From positions 124,001 to 188,000 of the forward strand of contig NW_026859978.1 of NCBI RefSeq assembly GCF_026571515.1: a stretch of 64,000 bases of DNA. Direction: 5' to 3'. A model generated the notes under the pieces. The model worked only from the letters and a program-made list of their open reading frames with translations. It searched no databases and was not told the DNA's origin. Origin of the DNA: Ruditapes philippinarum. Lineage: Eukaryota. This document shows, piece after piece, positions 52,301 to 64,000 of this stretch; position 1 is the stretch's first letter; each line of letters begins with the position of its first letter. The translations under genes were made by a program, and so were the position numbers.

Positions 52301-55300
52301 AGTCCCAGTTTCAGCCAATTAATGTGTAGTTTGTATTTAGTCACTAATATAGTTCTTTTTAACATATTTGAAATCTTTTAGTGTTTGAAATTATTATTTT
52401 TTTTGTCCAATAGGAATGAATTGTAACACATCTACTTTGGTAAATCGGCAAACAGTAAATCAGTCTAGTAAATCGACTGTTTATAAAAATAAATTTAAAA
52501 CACTAAGCCGGTTAAAGTTAAAGACATTGAACCCGAGGTTATTTCATGTCGGCACACAAAAACGTTTGAAAATAGATATGGAGATTATCATAAAAGAGAA
52601 ATGACGCCATGAGACTTTGAATAAAATAACTAGGAATCAAAGCAACACAATTATAGCATTTTATTATTTTACATACGAGTACTTTGATATCTCTCTATTT
52701 TTGTAGCCTCCCAGTTCTGATTCATCCGTTGGAAGGAGACGTCCTGACCGTCCTGGAAGACGTACGTATTTAAATATTTGTTAACATAATTCTAATTAAA
52801 AAAACTAAGACTTTTAATCTTAACACTTTTTATATTACAAACATCGACTTCATTCGGGGTTGCAATTTTTCACCTCGTTTTGTTCAATGCTGATAATTTT
52901 CGCTTCTATTTTAAGAATTTTGGTAAAAATTTTATTTTGCTGCTGTTGAAAGAGAACATAACTTATTATAGCTCATTTCAAATATTGTTTCTATCAATAC
53001 CACTATAGTACATCTGAGATGTAATACAGTAGTTTTGGCTCGATGGTCGGAAGACGGGTGGTATTATTTTGGTAAGGTGACTAGTGTGGAGAACGACTAC
53101 GTCAAAGTATTAGACTCTACCGGATATGAGGAAAATATTAGAAAAAGGGATATACTTGTCGAGAGTGTCAGTCATAACGGTAGTGTAAAGGTAGGTATCC
53201 GTAAGTTTTTGGCAAGATTATTTTTTTATTTTTTTCCCAGTAGGTCAATTCATTACAAATAATGAATGAGTTTGTTGTAAGTAGATCTATGTGTATTATG
53301 GTGGCTGGTACGCTAGCGACAACTTTACAAAGCGCCAAAACGGCGCGCTGTCGTCCTGTCTCTAGCGCGGTACGCCAAACGGCGCGTTGTCGAGCAGTGT
53401 TTTGTCGTGATGTCACATTATCGCTCGGTTAAAATTGAAAGATTGGCTTATAAGCCAAGCGACAGGGCGACATCGCGAAAACGCTTCGCACGACAACGCG
53501 CCGTTTGGCGTGCCGCGCTAGAAATAGGACGACTAGACGACAGCACGCCGTTTGGCGCTTTATCGCGTTATCGCTAGCGAAAAAACGACTTGAGGAAAGC
53601 CCGACAACGCGCCGTTTGGCGCTTTGTCGTGTTGTCGCTAGCGCCAAATAGACGCACAATTTTAAGCTACATCTGCAAATCGGGCACCATAATAGTCTGT
53701 AAGTTGCGAGTAATGCTACAAAAGGTATATCATGTCTGATAAGTTTTTTTGGTGAATTCTGTCAAGTTTAATAACAGTGCCGTGTTAGTTTTGTCATGAT
53801 TGTTCCAAAAAGAAAAAAAAGCGCTTTAAGAGCATGTACTTTTAAATATTTTTAAACTTCTTCCTTCCGGAATAAGAAAGACCGCATTTGCATATATCAT
53901 AATATTTACAGTACTTTGCAGGGCTGGCAAAATCTGATTTTGACTTACTTTTCCGTTTATATCAGAAGCACTTCTTAACTTGTACGTATGATATCTATTT
54001 TGTAAATTCTTACAAATTCCCTCCAAATTATTTTGCCGCCCCTGCTATGACATTCTTTAAAACATCAAATAAACTAGCTTGAGACTTCCTGATAGTGGAA
54101 ATGGTATAGATTATTAGATCATATCATAGATCATGCCATTGTATCAATCTAAACCTTTCGAAACAACAATACTGTTTAGCTTATACTTGTATCAAAACGT
54201 AACAAATAAGGAACCATTATATTACTTACTTTTTCTGTCAAATGTATAATTATTTCCCTACAACAAACTTACTGAAAATTCATTCAAATTCATACCCTGT
54301 TTTATCGATGCCAGTCAGTTAATATTTTTATGCACGTTTAAAGAACTAAGTATATATGAGCCGCGTCACGACAAAACCAACGTAATGCGTTTGCGACCAG
54401 CATGGATCCAGACCAGTCTGCGCATCCGCGCAGTCTGATCAGGATCCATGCTGTTCGCTATCAGTTTCTCTACATGTAATAGGGTTTGTAAGCGAACAGC
54501 ATGGATTCTGATCAGACTGTGCGGATGCGCACGCTGGTCTGGATCCATGCTGGTCGCAAACGCATTACGTTGGTTTTGTCATGACACGGCTCATATGGTT
54601 TTCAGCAGGATGACAAAGTCGTCGCAATGCATCCAAAGTATGAAAACAGTTACGCTCCTGCCACTATTCTTAATGTGTACAACAATGGATACCTCATTCA
54701 GTTCTATGACGAAACAGAAACTGAGACAGACGAAGTCTATAAAATATCAGATCAAAAATACACACAAGATGTAGATTATATTAAAAGTCAGGAAATGCAG
54801 ATTCGTGGCCTTGTGATAGCCCGTGATGATATCAATGGATTATATAGACCATGTAAGTAACTTGTATTTATTTTCACGTATTCTTTTGTTATGTTCAGGA
54901 AAACAGTGAGTGTGCATAGTGTATGAATATTTTGCAAAAGAATTTTACGATGGTCATCGGTATATTGACTCAGTAGGAGTTCCTAATGGTTGTATAAAAG
55001 CAATAGCACTATGTTACCCAGCACTCCTTGGCACCAACAGCCCTTTGCAGAACTACCTCCTAGGTTACTGTACATTTAGGTCTCAAGACCATGTGGCCTA
55101 TTTTTGGCCCAAAATTCATATCTTTGGCTTTTACTTCGTGGAAATAGCATGGAGGTAAATTAAAAAAAATTAAGTCTTTAAGGGCATGACTAATGGCATG
55201 TTCAGGGTCCATACTCGACAGCGAAAGCTAGCTGTTTTTTTGTGCCTTTAAGAGCGGATGTACCCTCATTAAACATAGACTACATATACACAGACCCGGC

Positions 55301-56836
55301 TCTCTCACGCTCTCTCATCTCCTCGGTAATGCAAGTCGTAGAGAGGCACAGGGCATCAGCTGAAGATTTGAAGGACTCTGGATGGCGGGATATAAAAACC
55401 AGACCTTGTACTTGCGGACCAGCTGTCAATGTCCTGATTAAAGCAAAGGATAGAGATCCTTAAAACTTAAAAGTAGGCAGGGAGGACAATGATGGGTGCT
55501 ACGGTGCGTCACCCACTAGCACGTGGTGAGGGCTTGGAAAGTTGGCTCTTTGCTTGGCACCAACAACCCTTTTCAGGGCTGTCTTGCTTTTCAGATTGTC
55601 TCGAGTTACTGTACATTTATGTTCTTATTCGCTACCGTGCAGTGACATACTTTTGGCTCAAAATTCATATCTTTGCCTAATATTCCGTGGAAATTGCATG
55701 GAGGTAAATCATCACCACTTTGTGCTTCAGGTTCTTTAAAACATATTCAAGGGAATAAGTGGTGACATGTCCGGTGTCCGTACTCGAAAGCGAAAGCTTC
55801 ATTTTGTGCTTTAACGGGCTGATGGAACTTTATTAAGCATAGACTTTATAATACATACAATGTGATTCGGAAAACGTGTTTTAGTATATTATTTGCCCAG
55901 TACAAGCTAAAAAGTTTCTTATCGTTCCCTTTTCATATAAGCTTAATAATTGTACTTGAGCTGAATAATAAAGATCTTTTTTCCAGTTATTGCAGTATGT
56001 CCAAATCACATGACCCAGCAAATTTTTCTACAAGCGCAAAACAACACTTACATAATTCAAGAGGCCATACATGTATTCCGACGACAAGGCAGTATGCAAA
56101 AAATTACCAGACATTGGAAATATGTTCTTGGACCACTAGATCCGGCACGAACTGTGTACCTCCCGGCCGAAATTATCACCAGACGTCCATTTCGCCTTCG
56201 GTTTTGTAATGGACAGCTGTAAGTATTTCAATTTAATACTATTAACATATAAATTCTCAACAAGATTCATATATTTTACGTACGAACAAACGCACCGACA
56301 TTATACTTCTGTAAATGATGAAAACCATTTTGGGGGGGGGTAAATACATGTAAGTCACAATGCTAGCTACATATCCATTTAAAACCGTCTGTAACGCTAA
56401 TCCTGTTACATCTGATAATTTTGTAATAAATGGACTTATTTTTAACAATTTTGAAATCGGTCAAATGCTAATGTTGTTTGGTTGGTGAGATGAATATTTG
56501 ATATTGCCTACCGCCATTAGAGTCTGGTCATATTGTATGGGTGTAGTACATACTGGCTTTATATTTCATTACTTGTGACAAAGTCTTTTCAATTAATATT
56601 GAAAGTTTAGATTTCTTTATGATTAGATTTTTGTTGTGTACCTTAACTGTATAGTACTTACATGTATATTTGTGTTTCTATGCGGTGATTATTCATACAT
56701 GTAGTATGATTTATGTTCCAGAAATGACCACGCCAAGTTAAGCGATTGTTTTTTCCTCAGTGAAGATTATTACAATAATGCCACTAAATACTTTGTCGCC
56801 CATGGATCTAACACGCGCACAACTTACATGTTTTGA
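42983..56836 (+). CDS. Uncharacterised protein with three DUF4537 / VWA3B-C-terminal-like (Tudor-like) modules, ~539 aa; exons 42983-43055, 44660-44790, 46591-46731, 47050-47171, 47998-48044 (tentative), 48609-48706, 51747-51923, 52707-52761, 53009-53190, 54606-54852, 55987-56218, 56722-56836
   Basis: A phase-consistent GT-AG exon chain gives a 1620-nt frame. Repeated motif VIARNAADGFYYAG / VLARWSEDGWYYFG / VIARDDINGLYRP. GGAVPWPTLKIGDYVLV...YMPGRVV...RFYTL...IIKIGQDKF resembles the VWA3B C-terminus as I recall it. In-frame TAG at 42971 lies upstream of the ATG, and AATAAA is at 57064. The linker exons are less certain. Confidence 0.75.
44025..44280 (+). mobile_element. TTAA-type MITE fragment (same family as 63209-63566)
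   Basis: Starts ttaa|aggcacgttatg and shares aaaagatggttcaggtaattggcca.tgtgtaac. Confidence 0.55.
46272..46490. repeat. Compound (AAT)n(GAT)n microsatellite and (CAA)n tract
   Basis: Directly visible trinucleotide runs in intron 2 of the DUF4537-like gene. Confidence 0.9.
47321..47556. mobile_element. MITE with ATGGTGGCTG termini
   Basis: atggtggctgtttgtgcca / tggcacaaatcagccaccat. Confidence 0.7.
48950..51375 (+). mobile_element. Fragmented CR1/L2-clade LINE ORF2 relic (48950-49270 and ~51250-51375) interrupted by younger DNA elements
   Basis: Decayed peptides VNVVKTKIMVFRKCG and KFRNLSASFRFSSHCLVIEQGRH are typical of the post-RT region of CR1/L2-like LINEs. Stops and frameshifts are present. 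Confidence 0.55.
50129..50262. repeat. Near-perfect 134-bp palindrome
   Basis: ttattttggttttggagtgatatatgtggatatattacctgc...gcaggtaatatatccacatatatcactccaaaaccaaaataa around ccctcgcctaacggctcggg. Confidence 0.85.
51451..51716. mobile_element. Short HINE/Helentron-like element
   Basis: tttttagctcgactattc...gaatagtcgagc subterminal IR, a (cgtcgg) microsatellite, and the end gctcttgtt. Confidence 0.65.
53294..53694. mobile_element. GC-rich MITE with ATGGTG termini and internal inverted/tandem motifs
   Basis: tattatggtg...caccataata. The motif cgacaacgcgccgtttggcg is repeated in both orientations. Confidence 0.7.
54358..54592. mobile_element. Family-A MITE (Sola2-like)
   Basis: Same TIRs; TSD atat/atat. 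Ends 13 nt before the exon at 54606. Confidence 0.85.
55010..55850. repeat. Diverged direct duplication (~280-300-bp blocks, period ~530 bp)
   Basis: cttggcaccaaca.ccctt, gttactgtacattta, caaaattcatatctttg, cgtggaaat.gcatggaggtaaat and tactcga.agcgaaagct all occur twice in the same order. Confidence 0.75.
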
Positions 56837-59192
56837 CTTCCTTAAACCGGGGACCAAGCATTGATCAACGTTTGTTATGTTGACGATAATACGGCGTATA
56901 AAAGAATCTTCTTTCGGTTGTAGAAATGTACAAGTCTCAAAAGAAAGGTACAGTTACCGGAAGTAGCAGGAGTTTGTAATCGCAAGACAGTACACAATGA
57001 GTTGCACAAGTTTGCAAGTCATGGTACATTGTACATGTACATTGATTTCTTTTATCTACTGCAAATAAAGTTAGTTTTGATTAACAAAAATATGTTTAGT
57101 TAACATTTTTATTATGGTTATCATATTATTATGTTTAATTTATTTTTATGTTTTTGTTTATTTTTTTCTTCAAATAAACGTTACTTTTACAACTATAAAA
57201 TCTAGTTTGTCAATTCTTTAATGTCATAAATGAAATTTATAATTCTAAAGATAGCAAGTCGTATGTAATTATATTGCAAGGTTACAGTATAGTTAAACAT
57301 TGACAAACTGATTCTTAAAATTGATTTGACAAAATACCATATCTTGTTTTACGCAAATTATTTATAATTTTCAGTCTATTTTATTTTCTGTACCTTTTTT
57401 TCTTCGTTTTGTTGTTACAGACCCATTTTAAAAACATTTCACTCAACATGATGTTATAAAAATGTATCAATGTTATCCTTCATAATAACGATATTATTGT
57501 ATGATTAAACACTACCACACGAACACAAGACCACTTGTCTAGCCGGAAGTTGCTTGTCCCATTATACTATGTCCCAGCTCACAAATTTACACATTCATAT
57601 CATTTGCAACAGGTGTAATTATACATAATTATTACTGTTATCGAAATGACAAAAGTATCTTACTCTTGCATCTACAATTGGCTAATGATCCTGGCTTCAT
57701 TTACGATATCAAACAGGAGATATGACCAAGTATAGACGGTTTGTGACGACCCGAGTGGCTAATCGAGGGTTATATAACAAACAATCATTAATTAACGCCC
57801 ATATAACTTGTCAGATGTCTCAATTATAGCAAATTATTTCTGTGTTTTATTTCATGAAGAATTCATGCAGACATTTGCAACAGCTGTTTATCTTTCTGAC
57901 TGTGCAATGAAAATCGACGTTATAAACGTGCAGTATCAATATGTTCTTTACAGAGAGATGATCCTTGATGTAGCTTTTGCTGTCAACAAGAATCCAAGTA
58001 AACAAATATTCTTTATGAATACAACTACATTAGTCAAGTAAAGTATTTGTCGGACCCTAAATATAGGAGATCCCCGTAATCTATTAATCATAAACAGTGG
58101 AGATAATTGAAAACATTGACATTGTTAATGAAAACAGACTTAGTTGACTTTGTTACTGAAGACAGTTCTTAACTTCTTAGTACCTCAACATTTTGGGCGG
58201 TAAAAAATTGAGTGTGCCTAGAATTTCAAAAGACAATTTGTGTATGTCTCGTTTAAGAAGTGTATCCCTTACGTAGGTGATACTTTGAAAAAGAAAAAAA
58301 ACATTAATATGTCACATAACATATGTATGACGTTGGAACGTGAGCCTCATTTCTTTACCAGGTAGTCTTATAAATTGTTCTGTATAAACAAACTAAAGGA
58401 TATCATGCTGTATTTTTGCATGTTTGCTCACACAATGGCGTACTAATTAAGTATCAGTATTGTTTTAGAAGTCCGTTGAGTACGCTATTGTCTATGACTT
58501 ATTGGGACAGCCCTCGTACACGTACTAGTAATTCTAAAATGCAATTTATCCTTAAAAAACACACATAACACAAGGAGTTATTACTACATTGTTGAGGATC
58601 GACATTTGAAACTTAATTAAAGTTGTCCCTTTCCTAAAATCATTATGATTGCCTATACATGGCTATAGAATATTGATAACATTGTATCAGCCATATATTA
58701 CTTAGTACGTTAGTAAGCGTTCAAAGGAATGTTTAATGGAATCAGATCTTATATATAATGATAAGAGTACTTGCAGGTTTTTTAAGGATGCGCACGTCGC
58801 TTCCAAACTTAATGGTTTAAGGTAATGACTCTTAGGTGGTATTCTACGAAATAGGGCATAACAGTCCAGGAGCTATACTTGTGAAACAAATTGAATTATA
58901 AAAATGTGTTAGAATACCTTCATTTGGTTGCATGTTTTACACAATATAACATCTATATTTCTTGTTAAAGATTGTGTTAGATACTGCACCTTCTAATTAC
59001 GTTTCTCATTGTATATACATGTAATTACACTGACACAAACTCTTCATTGGTTAAAATTTGGTTTTAATACTCTAACCTATAGTTATATAATATGCTTTTA
59101 TTTGTAATGATTTCAAAACGTCTGTGACAAATATACAGTAATATTATGCTGTAAATCACAATCAGTATACATGTTGTACACAGGCTTTGTTA

Positions 59193-62133
<2,941 letters not shown>

Positions 62134-63208
62134 CTGTAACAATGAGTGCACGTAATGATATCAAATTTACCAGAAACCTAATCTTACACACAGAAAACAA
62201 TACGAATAATGATTACAAATGCAGCTTACGCCTCTGGGCAATAATAACTGGAAATTATTTGAGGAAAAAATCAGAGAAACTATAAAATAAACTGTTGACG
62301 CTTATCTCAACTTAATTTAACCCATGTATGCTTCTTCAAGTTTGCAAGATACATGTGTCTGGTCTACATATATTTAGTTTTTACTTGCTTCTTTTGTAGT
62401 CGCACATTTTATACACAACACTGTTAGAAAATACTGTCATTCTTCCTCCGCCAGTGTTGCACAATAAAATTGAGGCGAAGTTATTCAGGTTAAAAACTTA
62501 TAATTTTTGTTTAAAAAAAAACCCTTAAAGGAAATAACTAAAATAATTTCCAAGGAGGCTGTGTATACATGTTCAAACTTACGCTGAATTAAAGAAATTG
62601 CTTAAAAATACTTAAAAATGCAGAACTTGTCAAATATTTGTCAACTACTGGTGAAATCAAAATATTCGAAAATGTCAAACACTTTAAATTGAAAATGCAA
62701 GATTTATCGCCTTGTCTGTCCAGGAATTGTAATTTTCCAGTAAAGTGTCTCTGGTGAAGTGTCCGTATATGTGACTCTATAGTAAAGTGTCCGTAAAATG
62801 TGACTCTGTATGGTATATTGTCATCGTATTTTAGTGAAACAGCACAATCAAATTGGGCATGAATGACCACAGTTCGAAAGATGTATTGCTAAAGTCAATC
62901 TTGTCTTATTGTGGAACCATAGGCGTTAATAATAACCATAATTGTGACACTTGGTTTTTTTTTTGTTTTTTTTTTTGGCAGATAGAATATCTTTTGCACC
63001 ATTTCATTAACTTTGGAACACATTCCTCACAAAAGTTTACGAAGACAATATATTTCGCTTCAATAAGCCCTAGCGGTGTTACAGACCATTACAAATTGGA
63101 ATAAGACACTTCTGGTGAAAGTTTGTACATATATAGTATGAATTAATGTGCCGATGAAAGAAACTGTCAATATTTTAAGACGAGAAGAAGATATTTAAGT
63201 TATTTTAA

Positions 63209-63566
63209 AGGCCCATTATGCCGAAGAAATGTATTGTTTTTAATTTCTAAAACGTTTTTTATTTTTTACGTCATGTTATGAATTATAAAAGGTTACACAT
63301 TGGCCAATTACCTGAACCATCTTTTGCCGATTTCGCCTCTTGGAAAAATAGTACTGTTACAGTGAATTAGTATTTTGTATGACGTCAAAATACTACTTTG
63401 TTTACATTTTGCTACTTTCATGACAAATAATTTCACATTCAGCGCTAACTTTTTCATGCAATAAGCATTCAATATGCTCATAAATGATCATTTAAACATC
63501 ATAAAACTAGTGTTTGCCCTTTCTAAAGAAGAAAAAAATATTCGTTGCTGAGGCATAATGTGCCTT
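63209..63566 (-). mobile_element. TTAA-flanked MITE (Kolobok-like)
   Basis: ttaa|aggcccattatgcc...ggcataatgtgcctt|ttaa. Confidence 0.6.
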
Positions 63567-64000
63567 TTAAGAGAGACAGTCAGTTTTAATTAGCTTTTAT
63601 CAGTCCTGATAGTTGTAGCATCATTTGGTATAGCAAAATAAAGACATTGCAACGATTAAGAACAATATAACAAACTTTTCGTTGAATTAAAAATTAAATC
63701 TTTAATATGTGTTAATTATAATGAAAAATGAAATAATTCCATTGGCCGAAATTGTTTATTACTTAATCATCCTGCCATTTTTGCTTGCCAAGTCTATTCA
63801 GGTTACAATTTTACATCGTCGGATACCCACGGCCGAACCATTTACATTTATCATTGATTGCATGTTATGTGACATGTTTATCAATTTAGCGACCCCTTGA
63901 AGCATTGCCGGATATTATACAGTATACTCGTATAATAAGCATTAAGAGAATGTGCATGTATATATGCAAAGCGTATTGAACGTGCTCGAAAAGTGTATTG

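Noticed and set aside
54366-54548. ORFs such as [20 protein letters not shown] (also 8159 and 40247)
   Set aside because: Read-through of family-A MITE TIRs.
62370-62412. Possible short upstream exon (VLCIKCATTKEA) of the EGF gene
   Set aside because: Phase-compatible, but the donor is weak and there is no homology support, so it was left out of the model.
63290-63420. Apparent minus-strand exon with donor ttcag|gtaatt as a 5' exon of the EGF gene
   Set aside because: The same sequence occurs at ~44230 and lies inside a MITE family.

Overview
AT-rich, intron-rich eukaryotic DNA, not prokaryotic. The repeat families look molluscan, probably bivalve (inference). Most ORFs in the supplied track are intron or repeat noise, so gene models were rebuilt by hand from GT-AG sites and codon phase. 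Six genes were found. (1) The 5' part of an unidentified minus-strand gene running off the left edge, with a likely cassette exon. (2) PGRMC, + strand, 3 exons. (3) A complete 14-exon ETFDH, - strand, 607 aa. (4) MED7, + strand, head-to-head with ETFDH. (5) A stand-alone ~539-aa protein with three VWA3B-C-terminal/DUF4537-like (Tudor-like) modules, + strand, 12 exons. (6) The 3' part of a small EGF/cbEGF gene, - strand. The rest is a dense set of non-autonomous transposons (Sola2-, Kolobok-, piggyBac-, mariner-, MULE/foldback- and Helentron/HINE-like), SINE and LINE relics, and a 1.6-kb hierarchical minisatellite. The most unusual structures are the ETFDH/MED7 shared promoter, split by a 1.05-kb foldback element and bracketed by an inverted element pair that each carry an independent insertion at almost the same site, and a duplicated ETFDH exon end with only synonymous changes and a transposon-derived in-frame acceptor. 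No CRISPR, rRNA or intact tRNA genes were seen. I cannot claim a proven new biological system; the findings are testable leads.
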